Of a stretch of DNA of 64,000 nucleotides, positions 30,884-41,867 are shown piece after piece (the first letter of the stretch is position 1; each line of letters begins with the position of its first letter). This DNA is from an uncultured Acidobacteriota bacterium (GTDB taxonomy: Bacteria > Actinomycetota > Acidimicrobiia > Spongiisociales > ZC4RG35). The position numbers and the translations under genes were made by a program. Under the pieces are notes generated by a model. The model was not told the DNA's origin. It was given only the letters and a program-made list of their open reading frames with translations, and did no database searches. The stretch is taken from the NCBI GenBank assembly GCA_963828465.1, contig CAWHEU010000029.1, positions 1 to 64,000 on the forward strand, read 5' to 3'.

Positions 30884-31870
30884 TTAGACGAGGTCTGCTT
30901 CGCGGATGCCGAAGGAAGGATGGCGGAGACGGCAGAGGGCCAGCTTCTCCAGCTGGCGAATCCGCTCCCGCGTCAGGTTGAACTCGTCGCCGATCTCCTC
31001 GAGCGTGCGGGGGACACCGTCATAAAAGCCGTAGCGGAGGGCGAGGATCCTGCCCTCGCGCTCAGGGAGACGCTCGATGGAGACGCGGAGGGAATTGGCC
31101 ACGTCCATCTCCTCGGTCATCTGCACCGGGTCGGCGGCGTCCTCGTCCTCGATGAAGTCACCCAACTGGGCCCCGTCCTCACCGATCGGCTGCTCCAATG
31201 AGACGGTGTCGGCGACACTCAGGGCGAGTTCGACCTTGTCGGCTGTGACGCCAGCCTCCTCGGCGATCTCCTCGGGCCTGGGATCACGCCCCAACTCGGC
31301 CTTGAGTGAGGCCTGCGCAGCGCGGACCGCGGCCAGCGTGTCGTGAAGATGGACGGGGATGCGAACCGTTCGGGACTTGTCGGCGATGGCCCGGGTAATG
31401 GCCTGACGGATCCACCACGTGGCATACGTCGAGAACTTGAAACCCTTGCGCCAGTCGAATTTTTCGACGGCGCGGATGAGACCGAGGTTGCCCTCCTGGA
31501 TCAGGTCGAGGAAGTCGATCCCGGAGGTGTTGGCGTAGCGACGGGCGTTGGCGACGACGAGACGAAGGTTGGCGGTGAGGAAATCGTCCTTGGCCTGAGC
31601 CCCGCGCCGGGCCATCCGGCGTAGCTCCATTTCCTCCCGCTTGCCGCTGTACTCGCCTTTCTCCAGCCTCTCGGCGGCCTCTTCGCCGGCCTCGATCTTC
31701 TGGGCCAGCTCGACCTCCTGCTCGGCGGTGAGAAGGTCGTACTCGCCAATAGCCGTCAGGTACTGGGAAACGAGGTCTGTGGTGAGACGCCCGCGCTCAT
31801 CCGTCAGCTTCGAGTGAAGCCGGATGCGCGGTTTCTCGGTCTTATCAGTACGCGTTTCAGCGGCTGGCAT
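30884..31870 (-). CDS. Group-2 sigma-70 factor (SigB/HrdD-like)
   Basis: [43 protein letters not shown]; no region 1.1. Confidence 0.9.
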   Translation of the reverse strand: MPAAETRTDKTEKPRIRLHSKLTDERGRLTTDLVSQYLTAIGEYDLLTAEQEVELAQKIEAGEEAAERLEKGEYSGKREEMELRRMARRGAQAKDDFLTANLRLVVANARRYANTSGIDFLDLIQEGNLGLIRAVEKFDWRKGFKFSTYATWWIRQAITRAIADKSRTVRIPVHLHDTLAAVRAAQASLKAELGRDPRPEEIAEEAGVTADKVELALSVADTVSLEQPIGEDGAQLGDFIEDEDAADPVQMTEEMDVANSLRVSIERLPEREGRILALRYGFYDGVPRTLEEIGDEFNLTRERIRQLEKLALCRLRHPSFGIREADLV

Positions 31871-32059
31871 CTAAATCAAGTCCTCCTGAGCCCGTCGGGG
31901 CAGAGAATCTCCCGGACGCCCAACTATGACACATGCAGGGTGGTTTGTGAACCCCCCTCTTTTGCACGACACACGCGCCGTTTCGCATGATCGGGGAGAC
32001 CCACATTGTACCGTGGCCATAGAGGTAGTCCATGACGAAATTCACGGTTGCCGACATCA

Positions 32060-32086
32060 CAACACCCTCCCCTACCCCATTGTTCC
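32060..32086 (-). promoter_or_regulatory. SigR/SigH-type promoter upstream of group-2 sigma gene
   Basis: Minus strand GGAAC-N18-GTTG; a second, SigA-like TACAAT lies at 32005-32010. Confidence 0.7.
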
Positions 32087-32109
32087 CCTGATCTAACGAA
32101 AGGAACGAG

Positions 32110-32469
32110 ATGCCGAGCACGGCTCCAGAGGTCGACGAGTTCCTGGCCAAGCTGCCGGGCGATGAGGGCGCGGCGCTGCAGAAGCTTCGAGAGACGATCA
32201 GACTCGCCGCCCCGGAGGCCGAGGAACGGATCGGTTACGGGGTGCCCGCCTTCTACTACAAGAAGCGGCCCCTCGTCTCGTATGCCGCCGGGAAGAACCA
32301 TTGCGCCTTCTATGTGCAGAGCCCGGCGGTGATGGAAGCACACCACGACGAGCTCGCCGATTACGACACGGCCAAGGGCACGGTGAGGTTCCAGGCAGAC
32401 TCGCCGCTACCGGCCACCCTGGTCGAGACATTGGTCAAGGCCCGGATGGCGGAGACCGACGCGGTCTAA
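32110..32469 (+). CDS. DUF1801 (YdhG-like) protein
   Basis: APEAEERIGYGVPAF, AKGTVRF, LVKAR. Confidence 0.88.
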   Translation: MPSTAPEVDEFLAKLPGDEGAALQKLRETIRLAAPEAEERIGYGVPAFYYKKRPLVSYAAGKNHCAFYVQSPAVMEAHHDELADYDTAKGTVRFQADSPLPATLVETLVKARMAETDAV

Positions 32470-32477
32470 TCGATGGC

Positions 32478-32972
32478 TCACAAACCCCGGTCATGAGACC
32501 TGGGCTCGAGCACCCGGGTCAAGGTGCCGGAGGCGCCGGGCAGATCGGCCCACGATTCGATATCCAGCTCGATGACGGCCACGGTTGCGGTCTTCATCTC
32601 GGCACGCCCCCCGGTCAGGGCCGACACCAGCATCGACCACGTTGGCTGATGGCCCACAAGCATGAGCTTGTTCACATTCGGTGCCCACGCTCCTCGTTCG
32701 AGCACCCCTTTCGGGCCCTCGTCGTATAGCGACCGGTCGAGAACGAGCTCACTGTCCCATTTCCCGGTTTCCCGAGCCAGCTCTGCGGTGGTCCTGGCTC
32801 GCAACGCCGTGGAGCTGACGATCAGATCCGGCACGAGACCCTCGTCCGCCAGGACCCGACCCATGAGCCGGGCGCTCTTCAGCCCGCGATCGTTGAGAGG
32901 GCGATCGTGATCGGACTCGTAGTCGGCATCCCAATCCGACTTGGCGTGACGCATCAGCAGAAGCGTCTTCAT
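32478..32972 (-). CDS. SixA-type histidine phosphatase
   Basis: LMRHAKSDW, DHDRPLN.RG, SSTA.RA, LVGHQP. Confidence 0.9.
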   Translation of the reverse strand: MKTLLLMRHAKSDWDADYESDHDRPLNDRGLKSARLMGRVLADEGLVPDLIVSSTALRARTTAELARETGKWDSELVLDRSLYDEGPKGVLERGAWAPNVNKLMLVGHQPTWSMLVSALTGGRAEMKTATVAVIELDIESWADLPGASGTLTRVLEPRSHDRGL

Positions 32973-32983
32973 TGAACAGTGTC

Positions 32984-33637
32984 CTACCCGAGAAGGCGGC
33001 CGGCGGTGGTGAAGACCCGTGGGTCGGGGTAGTCGGCGCAGTAGTTGTACAGATAGGCGACTCGGATCCTCCCATCGGGGGCCACAACGAACTCGCCGGA
33101 CTGCATCCAAGGATCGTCGACGAGTGGCCTTCCTTGTGAGCGCCGATCCTCCTGGAACCGACGACCCGTCTCCTCCCCCAACTCGCAGTACTCGTCCGGT
33201 GCGTCATAGAGAGCCTGCTCGAGGGCCCAGTGGCCGAGACCGAAGGCCTTGTGCGCGCTGTACCCGGGATCGGAATACATCGTCACCGGGATCTCGTACA
33301 ACTCCTTGTAACGGGCTACCCGCTCCAGATCGGCTGGGGCAACGATCACGACATTGAGACCGGAATCGACGTACGTCTGGTGCTCTTCTTTCAGCCGCTC
33401 CCCCCGCTCCAGGCCGCAACCGCATCCGAGATGCCTCCAAAGGAGTACGAGGCCGGGTTGGCTCTCCCAGACCGAGGCGAGCGACACGGACACTCCATGC
33501 TCATCGACCACGTCCACGGCCGGGGCAACATCGCCCCGGTGCAGGGGGTTGCCCTCGATGGTGGGGCCGGCGAGCCAACCTTGCATCCAGCGCTGCTCTG
33601 CGGACAAATAGAGCGCCTGGATGTCCTGTTCGGTCAC
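32984..33637 (-). CDS. Peroxiredoxin-like AhpC/TSA (PRXL2) family protein
   Basis: WRHLGCGC, SDP...AFGLG, Q.GEFVVAPDG. Confidence 0.78.
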   Translation of the reverse strand: MTEQDIQALYLSAEQRWMQGWLAGPTIEGNPLHRGDVAPAVDVVDEHGVSVSLASVWESQPGLVLLWRHLGCGCGLERGERLKEEHQTYVDSGLNVVIVAPADLERVARYKELYEIPVTMYSDPGYSAHKAFGLGHWALEQALYDAPDEYCELGEETGRRFQEDRRSQGRPLVDDPWMQSGEFVVAPDGRIRVAYLYNYCADYPDPRVFTTAGRLLG

Positions 33638-33695
33638 GTTCCCTCCGTCGATTCGCCGCGTTTGGCGACCCTAATCGGGTGTACCTTCGACATCG

Positions 33696-35675
33696 ATGCC
33701 GAACCGTCTTGCCGATGCCACGTCGCCGTATCTCCTGCAGCACAAGGACAACCCGGTGGATTGGCATGAGTGGGGTGAAGAAGCCTTCGCCGAATCACGC
33801 CGGCGAGAAGTGCCCGTCCTCCTGAGCGTTGGCTATGCCGCCTGCCACTGGTGCCACGTGATGGCACATGAGTCGTTCGAGGACGAGGAGACCGCAACGG
33901 AGATGAATCGTCTTTACGTCAATGTCAAGGTCGACAGGGAAGAACGCCCGGATGTCGACAGCATCTACATGGAGGCCGTGCAGACAATGACCGGCCAGGG
34001 GGGCTGGCCAATGACGGTGTGGCTGACTCCCGACGGACGGCCTTTCTACGCCGGCACCTATTTCCCAAACACCGACCGGCACGGAATGCCCTCGTTTCGC
34101 ACGGTCATGCGGGCGGTGTCGGACGCGTGGGACAACAGGCGCGACGAGGTGCTCGGGCAATCGGCCCGGCTCACCGAAGCGATCAGCCGACGCATTCCAA
34201 GCTCGGAGAACGAGCCTGGAAGGGATGAACTGACACGGGCGTACGAATCCTTGGCCGCGTCCTTCGACCCGATCAACGGGGGGTTCGGCGGCGCCCCCAA
34301 GTTCCCCCAAGAGCCGGAGCTCGACTTCTTGCTGCGCGTGCGCAGGGAGACCTGGGCGGAGCAGGCCGACCACATGCTGAAGGTGACGCTCTCCGAGATG
34401 GCAGACGGCGGGATACACGATCAAATCGGTGGTGGCTTCGCCCGGTACTCCGTAGACGCCCAGTGGCTGGTGCCCCATTTCGAGAAGATGCTCTACGACA
34501 ACGCCCAATTGGCACGCATCTATCTGTGGGCCGGGATCGAGCAAGATGAGCCGCGCTTCGTCGATGTTGCCAGGTCCACATTGGGATACATCCTTGATGA
34601 CCTTCGCCATCCCGAAGGCGGGTTCTTCTCTGCCGAGGACGCCGACTCCGAAGGGGTGGAGGGCAAGTTCTACGTATGGACTACCCAGGAGCTGGAACGA
34701 GCCCTGGGACCCGATGATGCGGCCGAGGCAGCCCGGTTCTTCGGGGCGTCCCCACATGGCAACTTCGAAGGCTCGAACATCCTCTACCGGCCCACCGCCG
34801 AACCGTGGACCAGCCGGATCGAGTCGCTCAAGGCCCGTCTGATGGAGCACCGGGCCACCCGGACCCGTCCCGGTCTCGATGACAAGGTCGTGGCTTCGTG
34901 GAACGGGTTGGCGATCAAGGCCCTGGCAGAGGCCGGTGCGACCTTGACTGATGCCGGCTACCTGGAGGCCGCCCGAGTGACGGCGCGCTTCGTAATCGAC
35001 CACATGGTGGTCGACGGCGTCCTCCGGCGCTCCTGGCGGGAGGGCCAAGCCGGTGGACCGGGCTTTCTCGAAGACAATGCGGCGGTAGCTCTCGGTCTGT
35101 TTGCGCTGTATTCCGCTACCGGCGAATACGAGTGGTACGAGGCTGGCGTCGAACTGACTGTCGCCATCCCGGAGCGCTTTGCCGATCCCGAAGGTGGGTT
35201 CTTCGACACGCCGGACGATGGGGAGAGCTTGATCAAGCGGCCAAAAAGCATGGCGGACAACCCTCTGCCCTCTGGCAGCGGCATGGCCGCCGAGGCACTG
35301 CTCATCCTCTCGGCCTACACAGGCGATGCCGCTCTGCGCGAGGCGGCAGCCTCCACCCTGCGGAGTGCCGGAATGCTCATGGAGCGTTACCCCTCCATGG
35401 TGGGGCACCATCTCGGTGTTCTCCACTCCTACCTGGAGAGTCGCGAGCTCGCAGTCGTTGGATCAGATTGGGCCGATCTGGCGGGTGTCTACTGGTCCTC
35501 GTACCGGCCCAACGTCGTTCTTGCACCGTCGTCCACGGGTGAAGAGCCGATTCCCCTCCTAGAGGGGAGATCGAAGCCTGGTGCGACCCTGGCCTATGTG
35601 TGCCAGAACCACGTCTGCGCCTTGCCTACGTCTGACCTAGACGACCTCGCCGGCCAGTTATCGCCCGACGGCTAG
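33696..35675 (+). CDS. Thioredoxin-domain protein YyaL/SSP411
   Basis: [39 protein letters not shown]. Confidence 0.94.
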   Translation: MPNRLADATSPYLLQHKDNPVDWHEWGEEAFAESRRREVPVLLSVGYAACHWCHVMAHESFEDEETATEMNRLYVNVKVDREERPDVDSIYMEAVQTMTGQGGWPMTVWLTPDGRPFYAGTYFPNTDRHGMPSFRTVMRAVSDAWDNRRDEVLGQSARLTEAISRRIPSSENEPGRDELTRAYESLAASFDPINGGFGGAPKFPQEPELDFLLRVRRETWAEQADHMLKVTLSEMADGGIHDQIGGGFARYSVDAQWLVPHFEKMLYDNAQLARIYLWAGIEQDEPRFVDVARSTLGYILDDLRHPEGGFFSAEDADSEGVEGKFYVWTTQELERALGPDDAAEAARFFGASPHGNFEGSNILYRPTAEPWTSRIESLKARLMEHRATRTRPGLDDKVVASWNGLAIKALAEAGATLTDAGYLEAARVTARFVIDHMVVDGVLRRSWREGQAGGPGFLEDNAAVALGLFALYSATGEYEWYEAGVELTVAIPERFADPEGGFFDTPDDGESLIKRPKSMADNPLPSGSGMAAEALLILSAYTGDAALREAAASTLRSAGMLMERYPSMVGHHLGVLHSYLESRELAVVGSDWADLAGVYWSSYRPNVVLAPSSTGEEPIPLLEGRSKPGATLAYVCQNHVCALPTSDLDDLAGQLSPDG

Positions 35676-36440
35676 GGCACGCTCCAAGGCGGAAGTCATC
35701 ACGTCGGGTGGATACGGACCGAGGAGGGCTGCCTCGGCTACGGGAAAGCCCTCTTCGAGGCAACGGTGAGCCAGGTCTGCCACCGCCCGGATTTCCTCGA
35801 GTTGGGCGGCGGCGCCGGCCCGGTCGAGGGTGTCACCATGCCCGGGGACGATGATCGACGAGCCGATGTCGCCGGCCGACTCGAGAGTGACCGGCCATCT
35901 CATCGGAAAGCCGTCGTCGAACACAGGCGGGGCCCCTTCTTCCAGCAGGTCTCCCATGAAGCTCACCTCGCCTACGGTCACCACGATGTCGGAGTCGGTG
36001 TGACCCAGACCGTGATAGGTCATTTCGACCACCACTCGGCCGAGGTCGATACGGGCAGCGGTGTCGAAGACACTGCTCGGAGGGGTGATCACGACTTCGG
36101 CGAACTCCTCCAGGCGATCGGGGAGCCAGGCCGCGGCATCCTCCTTCATCGAGTCGCCCAGCTCGACCATGGTCTTCCGGCAGAGCTCATGCCCCCAAAT
36201 CTCCGCTTCGGGGAACCGGGCATTGCCAAACGTGTGGTCCCAGTGCCAGTGGGTGTCGACCACCCATCGGACCGGGAGCGTGGTGAGAGTGCGCAACTCC
36301 TCCCTCATCTCGTCGGCCTCGACATGGGAAGCACGGGTGTCGACCACCAGGATCCCTTGCTCTCCGAGCACCACGCCGACGTTCAGGTCGAGCGATTCAT
36401 AGCGCCTCCGGAATACTCCGTCGGCGAGCTCTTCGAACAT
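35658..36440 (-). CDS. MBL-fold metallo-hydrolase
   Basis: [22 protein letters not shown]. Confidence 0.9.
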   Translation of the reverse strand: MFEELADGVFRRRYESLDLNVGVVLGEQGILVVDTRASHVEADEMREELRTLTTLPVRWVVDTHWHWDHTFGNARFPEAEIWGHELCRKTMVELGDSMKEDAAAWLPDRLEEFAEVVITPPSSVFDTAARIDLGRVVVEMTYHGLGHTDSDIVVTVGEVSFMGDLLEEGAPPVFDDGFPMRWPVTLESAGDIGSSIIVPGHGDTLDRAGAAAQLEEIRAVADLAHRCLEEGFPVAEAALLGPYPPDVMTSALERALAVGR

Positions 36441-37333
36441 CAGACCGTCTGATCGACTTCAACAGGGACTTGCAATGCCTCGGCGGAGGCAAGGACATAG
36501 GCGATCCACAGGGCGTCGGCAAGGAGCAGATGGACGAGTTGGATCCAGATAGGAACCCCGAGGGCGACATTGAGCGCGCCGGATATGAGCATGAGCCCCA
36601 CCAAGAGCGGGAGCGCCTTGCCGGCCCTCGATCTCGGCGCCTCGAGCCGGCCCGAGGCCCACCACCCGATCGAAGCGGCGACCACGGCAAGCACGGGATG
36701 GACGATGCGGAGGTCGGTGAGGAAATGTGCCTCACCCGATTCCCCGCCACCCGTCCCCGTCTTGGGGAACAACGTGTCGGCGAGGGCAGTCACGGCCCCG
36801 GTGGCAGCGAGCAGGACGATTGCCACACCCCCGAGCAATATCCACCGCCACACCTCTTGGTGCGATTTGGTCGACAGCCGCCGACCTCCCGATAACCAGA
36901 AGGCCGTAATCGATAACGCGGCCAGTAGAAACAGGGTGTTGACGAGATGTAACGGGACCGCCACCACCCGAGCCAGCGAGGCGTCTTCGGCCACCCACTC
37001 GGCAAGGACGATCATCGCCCCGATCAACGCCTCCGCAATGATGGCCGCCAGTGACAGCGCGGCGCCTGTCCGTGCCGGCTCGCCGGCGGGCAGGCCGCGC
37101 CACACCCAGACGACGAGGATCGCCACGAGCAACAGGGCGGCCCCGCTCGCAGCGCGATGCATGAACTCGATTGCGGTCGCGCCGGACAGCTCGGGGATCA
37201 CCACGCCCTGACAGGTCGGCCACGATTGGCCGCACCCTGCACCCGAACCGGTAGCCCGGACCAGGGCACCCAGGAGGATCACCCCGACGTTGAACACGAG
37301 GGTGAACCACGCATATCGGGCAATCCGGGTCAC
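36440..37333 (-). CDS. ctaA: Heme A synthase COX15/CtaA
   Basis: VRATGSGAGC..WPTC, IEFMHR, several TM His residues; GTG start at 37333. Confidence 0.88.
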   Translation of the reverse strand: MTRIARYAWFTLVFNVGVILLGALVRATGSGAGCGQSWPTCQGVVIPELSGATAIEFMHRAASGAALLLVAILVVWVWRGLPAGEPARTGAALSLAAIIAEALIGAMIVLAEWVAEDASLARVVAVPLHLVNTLFLLAALSITAFWLSGGRRLSTKSHQEVWRWILLGGVAIVLLAATGAVTALADTLFPKTGTGGGESGEAHFLTDLRIVHPVLAVVAASIGWWASGRLEAPRSRAGKALPLLVGLMLISGALNVALGVPIWIQLVHLLLADALWIAYVLASAEALQVPVEVDQTV

Positions 37334-37394
37334 GGCGGGAAGGTTAGAAGTCCTTGGGATGACCACGGTCCGGTGCGATAGCCTCGCGCCGCCC

Positions 37395-38348
37395 ATGGAG
37401 ATCCATCCCGACGTCCTCGCCGCCATAGGCAACACGCCCCTGATCAGGCTGTCGAGGATCCGCCCTCAGGGCAACCTCGTGGCCAAGGTCGAGCACATGA
37501 ACCCGGGAGGCTCGGTCAAGGAGCGAATCGCCGTGGCGATGATCGATGCGGCCGAGAAAGAAGGGCTCCTGCGGCCAGGCGGCACCATCATCGAGCCGAC
37601 CTCCGGCAATACAGGTGTAGGACTTGCGCTTGTCGGCGCCGTTCGCGGCTATCGGGTCATCTGCACGGTTCCAGACAAGGTCTCCAAGGAGAAACAGGAT
37701 CTCCTACGGGCCTATGGAGTCGAAGTCGTGGTGACTCCTACCGATCTCCTCCCCGAGCACCCGGATTCCTACTACGGGGTGGCGCGGAGACTGACCGAGG
37801 AAATCGAAGGCGCCTTTCACCCCGACCAATACTCGAACCCGGCCAATCCTCAGGCCCACTACGACACGACCGGCCCGGAGATATGGCAGCAGACCGAGGG
37901 AGAAGTCGACGTGCTCGTCGTCGGAGTGGGTACAGGAGGCACCATCAGTGGCGCCGGCCGCTACCTCAAGGAGCAGAAGCCGACGGTCCAAGTGGTCGGC
38001 GTCGATCCTGAAGGCTCCATTTTCACCGCGGACAACGAGAACGAGGTCCACCAGTACTCGGTGGAAGGTGTCGGTGAGGACTTCTACCCCAAGACCGTGG
38101 ACCTGGATCTGATCGACCGCTGGATCAAGGTGAATGATGCCGACTCGTTCACCATGACGAAGAGGTTGGCACGGGAGGAGGGCATCTTGGTCGGTGGGTC
38201 CTGCGGCATGGCGGCGCACGGAGCCCAGCAGGTGGCCGAGGAGGACCCGGAGGCGTTGGTGGTGGTGATCCTGCCCGATTCGGGGCGGGGCTATCTCTCC
38301 AAGATCTTCAACGAAGATTGGATGGCGGAGCGGGGCTTCGACACCTGA
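37395..38348 (+). CDS. Cystathionine beta-synthase / cysteine synthase (no CBS tail)
   Basis: IGNTPL, NPGGSVKER, EPTSGNTG, GVGTGGT, LPDSGRGYLSK. Confidence 0.9.
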   Translation: MEIHPDVLAAIGNTPLIRLSRIRPQGNLVAKVEHMNPGGSVKERIAVAMIDAAEKEGLLRPGGTIIEPTSGNTGVGLALVGAVRGYRVICTVPDKVSKEKQDLLRAYGVEVVVTPTDLLPEHPDSYYGVARRLTEEIEGAFHPDQYSNPANPQAHYDTTGPEIWQQTEGEVDVLVVGVGTGGTISGAGRYLKEQKPTVQVVGVDPEGSIFTADNENEVHQYSVEGVGEDFYPKTVDLDLIDRWIKVNDADSFTMTKRLAREEGILVGGSCGMAAHGAQQVAEEDPEALVVVILPDSGRGYLSKIFNEDWMAERGFDT

Positions 38349-38349
38349 A

Positions 38350-38591
38350 ACAGAAGGGCCCTCGACGGATCGAGGGCCCTTCGTTTGAAGATCAGCTATG
38401 GCATTGCTTCGGCGAGTTACGCCGCCACGAATGGACGAGGTTCGCGGTATCCAGAGCCGGGTGGTCCGAGTTTGGAGTCGCCACCTGTCCCGAGGGACGA
38501 GCGGCGGCTGCGGTCAGCGCCGCTCAGCGCTCGACCACCTCCAGAGTCCAAAGACTTTCATACAACCTAGGACCACCTCCTTTCTCTGGTG
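38350..38591 (-). ncRNA. Candidate structured small RNA with extended Shine-Dalgarno and 13-codon sORF (TTG 38565 to TGA 38524: MYESLWTLEVVER)
   Basis: TGTGGCAGACT -10-like element, AGAAAGGAGGTGGTCC, several hairpins, terminator. Confidence 0.55.
38353..38382. terminator. Bidirectional terminator
   Basis: gaagggccctcga-cgga-tcgagggcccttc with T-runs on both strands. Confidence 0.85.
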
Positions 38592-38653
38592 GAGACAGTC
38601 TGCCACAACTCGGGCGAATTGGTGAGGGGTTTTCAGACGAGGCCAGGGCCCGA

Positions 38654-40978
38654 TCACGTAGGCCGCCGGAAGACATCCGGGGGGATCGCGTCCTGATCCC
38701 GACGCCTCGTCCCCAGACCGGCCAGATACTGGTTGGGGAACGTGTGGCCGTCATACCCGAGGTCGATGGCCGCGTTGAGAGTCCAGTAGGGGTCGACGAT
38801 GTGGGGACGCGCCAACAGGCAAAGATCCGCCCGCCCGGCGACCAGGATGTTGTGAACGTCGTCGATGCTGGAGACGGCTCCCACCGTCATGGTGGCGATC
38901 CCAACCTCGTTGCGAATCCGATCCGAATAAGGGGTCTGATAGAGCCGCCCGTACTCGGGGTCGGCATCGACCGTGGTCTGACCGGTTGACACGTCGATCA
39001 GGTCACAGCCCCGCTCTTTCAGCTTCGCCGCGAACGCCACCGCATCGTCACCATCGAACCCTCCGTCGACCCAATCTGTCGCCGAGATCCGCACCGAGAT
39101 CGGCTTCTCGTCGGGCCATACCTCGCGCACCGCTTCGAATACCTCGAGTGGATATCGCATCCTGTTCTCGGCCGAGCCCCCGTATTGGTCACTCCTCTGA
39201 TTGGCCAGAGGGGTGAGGAAGCTGGACAGCAGATATCCATGGGCGTAGTGGAGCTCGAGGAGATCGAACCCGGCGTCGCTCCCGAACCGGGCCGAGGCGA
39301 CATGCTGGTCCCGGACGCGGTCCATATCGGCCCGGGTCATCTCCCGGGGCACCTGGCTATCGGGCCGATAGCGGATCGGGGAAGGTGCCATGATCTCCCA
39401 ATTGCCCTCGTCCAGGGGCTCGCTGTCCCCTTCCCACATCAACTTGGTCGATCCCTTGCGCCCCGAGTGCCCGATCTGGAGACCGATGCGGGCTTCGGTG
39501 TGGATGTGGACGAAGTCGACGATCCGCGTGAAGGCATCCGTCTGCTCCCGGTTCCAAAGACCGGTGCACCGAGGGCTGATCCTGCCCTCGGGAGACACAC
39601 AGGTCATCTCGGTCATCACCAAACCAGCACCACCTACAGCCCGGCTGCCCAGATGGACCAGGTGCCATTCATTGGGCACCCCCTCGATGGCGCTGTACTG
39701 GTCCATCGGCGACACCACGATGCGGTTGGCCAACTCGAGACCGCGCACCCGGAATGGATGGAACATGGGAGGCACGTCGGGCCCGACAGATGTGGGGCAT
39801 GAGTGCTCTGAGGCTGCGTACCAGGCGTCGACCCGAGCCATGTACCCGGGGTCACGGACCCGCAGATTGTCGTAGGTGATCCGCTGGCTTCGGGTCAGCA
39901 TGCTGAACACGAACTGCTCAGGGTCGAGGTTCCGGTAGCGATCGGCGCCCTCGAACCAGTTCCGGCTCGCCTTCGCGGCCCGTTGCAGACTCTCGACCTC
40001 GGGCCGGCGCATCTGCTCGTAGCGGTCGAAGGCTTGTCCAATGGGTGGCCGGCGAGGAGCAGCCCGGCGAGAGCGATGGCGTCCTCCATGGCCAGCTTGG
40101 TGCCTGAGCCCACCGAGAAATGCGCAGTGTGGATGGCGTCGCCGATGCAGCACGACATTGCCGTGGTGCCAGCGCTCACAACTGATCGTGGGGAACTGGA
40201 GCCAGCGGGAGTTGTTGCCGAGAAGACCGAGCCCGTCGAGATGAGGGGCGAAGATTTCCTCACTTCGCTGGAGGGCGTAGTCGTCGCTCACACCCGGCGG
40301 GAACACTTCATCCTCGGTCTTGTCGAAGCCGAGCGCCGACCAGGTCTCTGGACGCATCTCCACGATGAAGGTGCTGCCGTCGTCGCTGTACGGGTAGATG
40401 TGGGCCCACACCATCCCCGAGGGCGTGTCTTCGAAGATGAAGTTGAATTCGTCGAAAACCTTGGGGGTGCCGAACCAGATGTACTTGTTGCGAGCGGGCT
40501 CCAGCGACGGCCTCAGGTGAGACTCCAGCTCCCGCCGCACGATGCTGTTGGCACCGTCGGCCCCAACGATCACCCCGACCGATTCGAAGTCCGACAGGCT
40601 CTTGACTTCGGTCGAGAAGTGAAGTTCGACGTCGAGCCGGCGGGCACGTTCGGTCAACGTCTCGAGGAGGGCGCGACGGCTTATTGCTGCAAACCCGTGA
40701 CCGCCAGAGATGACGGCGGCACCTTCGGGATGGTGGGTCTTTATCTCCCCCCAGTGCCGGAACTCCTGTGTCATCGCCCGATGCGAGATCGGGTCTGCCA
40801 TCTCGAAGTTGTCCAGGGTCTCGTCACTGAAAACGACCCCGAATCCGTACGCGTCCTGGGACGTATTTCGCTCATAGACCGAGACATCGAGCTCCGAGCG
40901 CGCCTGTTTGAGGAGGATCGACAAATAGAGACCTGCCGGTCCCCCACCGACGATGGCGACGCCCTTTTCGATGCTCAT
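38654..40978 (-). CDS. Bifunctional salicylyl-CoA 5-hydroxylase / anthraniloyl-CoA monooxygenase-reductase; compensating frameshifts ~40150 and ~40045
   Basis: [34 protein letters not shown] (shifted frame), OYE domain [16 protein letters not shown]. Confidence 0.92.
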   Translation of the reverse strand: MSIEKGVAIVGGGPAGLYLSILLKQARSELDVSVYERNTSQDAYGFGVVFSDETLDNFEMADPISHRAMTQEFRHWGEIKTHHPEGAAVISGGHGFAAISRRALLETLTERARRLDVELHFSTEVKSLSDFESVGVIVGADGANSIVRRELESHLRPSLEPARNKYIWFGTPKVFDEFNFIFEDTPSGMVWAHIYPYSDDGSTFIVEMRPETWSALGFDKTEDEVFPPGVSDDYALQRSEEIFAPHLDGLGLLGNNSRWLQFPTISCERWHHGNVVLHRRRHPHCAFLGGLRHQAGHGGRHRSRRAAPRRPPIGQAFDRYEQMRRPEVESLQRAAKASRNWFEGADRYRNLDPEQFVFSMLTRSQRITYDNLRVRDPGYMARVDAWYAASEHSCPTSVGPDVPPMFHPFRVRGLELANRIVVSPMDQYSAIEGVPNEWHLVHLGSRAVGGAGLVMTEMTCVSPEGRISPRCTGLWNREQTDAFTRIVDFVHIHTEARIGLQIGHSGRKGSTKLMWEGDSEPLDEGNWEIMAPSPIRYRPDSQVPREMTRADMDRVRDQHVASARFGSDAGFDLLELHYAHGYLLSSFLTPLANQRSDQYGGSAENRMRYPLEVFEAVREVWPDEKPISVRISATDWVDGGFDGDDAVAFAAKLKERGCDLIDVSTGQTTVDADPEYGRLYQTPYSDRIRNEVGIATMTVGAVSSIDDVHNILVAGRADLCLLARPHIVDPYWTLNAAIDLGYDGHTFPNQYLAGLGTRRRDQDAIPPDVFRRPT

Positions 40979-41008
40979 GTTGGCTGTCGGGCCAACGCTA
41001 GGGCGCCG

Positions 41009-41770
41009 TTAAAGACGCAGAGTGTTGGTGAAGTCCTCCCACCACGAGCCGACCGCCTCGACCGCATTGCTCAACGACCAGAGGAGGAGGATGGCGAGAG
41101 CGACAACAAGGACCACCGTGGCCAGGTTACGAACCCGGTACATCTGTCGCTGGCTGTCGTCCTCCATGTAGGACGGCTCGACGACCGGAGGTGTGGGGGA
41201 GGTGATCAAATAGGGCTCGGGCGGGCTGACATAAGCAGGCTCGTTGGAAGTTGTCATCTGGGCTGCTCCCACCGTTTCGGACTTCGCCACCGAGTCCGGC
41301 GGCAGGGAGAATGTATCAATCGCCGGCTCCGGGTGCTCGATGACCTCGGGCTCCGGCTCCGGTGGAACGTGCTCCTTGACCTCCGCCTCGAGTTCGAAAT
41401 CGGCATCGAGATCAGGCGCGAGGACCGAGGCTGCAGCCCCAGCGGCAATCACCGGATCCGGGTCGATCCTCTCCTCGATCGGCTCCTCGAGTGGGAGCGG
41501 GGCCAGGCTGGCCAGTGACTCCTCGACGGTCGGATGTGTCTCTCCGGCCGGAGTCTCGACCCCGGCCTTATCGAACAACGCGCGTCCGTCGATGTCGAGG
41601 ATCGCGGACAGTGCAGTGAGCACCGACGGATCGGTGGGTGTCGCCACGTCGCGTTCCCAGCTCCTGATCGAGCTGGCAGATCGACCGACCAACTCTCCCA
41701 GCTGAGCCTGGCTCAGGCCGATCTTGGTGCGGCGGTAGCGCACTGTTCTTCCAAATGAGCGCTCAGGCAT
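41009..41770 (-). CDS. XRE-HTH protein with acidic Pro-rich linker and C-terminal TM helix
   Basis: GLSQAQLGELVGRSASSIRSWE HTH; hydrophobic helix near C-terminus. Confidence 0.8.
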   Translation of the reverse strand: MPERSFGRTVRYRRTKIGLSQAQLGELVGRSASSIRSWERDVATPTDPSVLTALSAILDIDGRALFDKAGVETPAGETHPTVEESLASLAPLPLEEPIEERIDPDPVIAAGAAASVLAPDLDADFELEAEVKEHVPPEPEPEVIEHPEPAIDTFSLPPDSVAKSETVGAAQMTTSNEPAYVSPPEPYLITSPTPPVVEPSYMEDDSQRQMYRVRNLATVVLVVALAILLLWSLSNAVEAVGSWWEDFTNTLRL

Positions 41771-41831
41771 CCCGGCTCGAATAGTACCGGCACACGCCAT
41801 TTGCTCGAAGGGGAGTCAACCCCGGATGATC

Positions 41832-41857
41832 GGAATGCCGGAAGTCCTATGCTCGTT
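41832..41857 (+). promoter_or_regulatory. SigR/SigH-type promoter overlapping a SigA-type -10, upstream of tRNA-Sec
   Basis: GGAAT-N18-GTT; TATGCT at 41848-41853. Confidence 0.5.
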
Positions 41858-41867
41858 CGGCCACCGT

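Noticed and set aside
38570-38585. 16S rRNA gene fragment
   Set aside because: Similarity is confined to the terminal 16 nt, with no helix 45 or other rRNA sequence; treated as an extended SD on the opposite strand.
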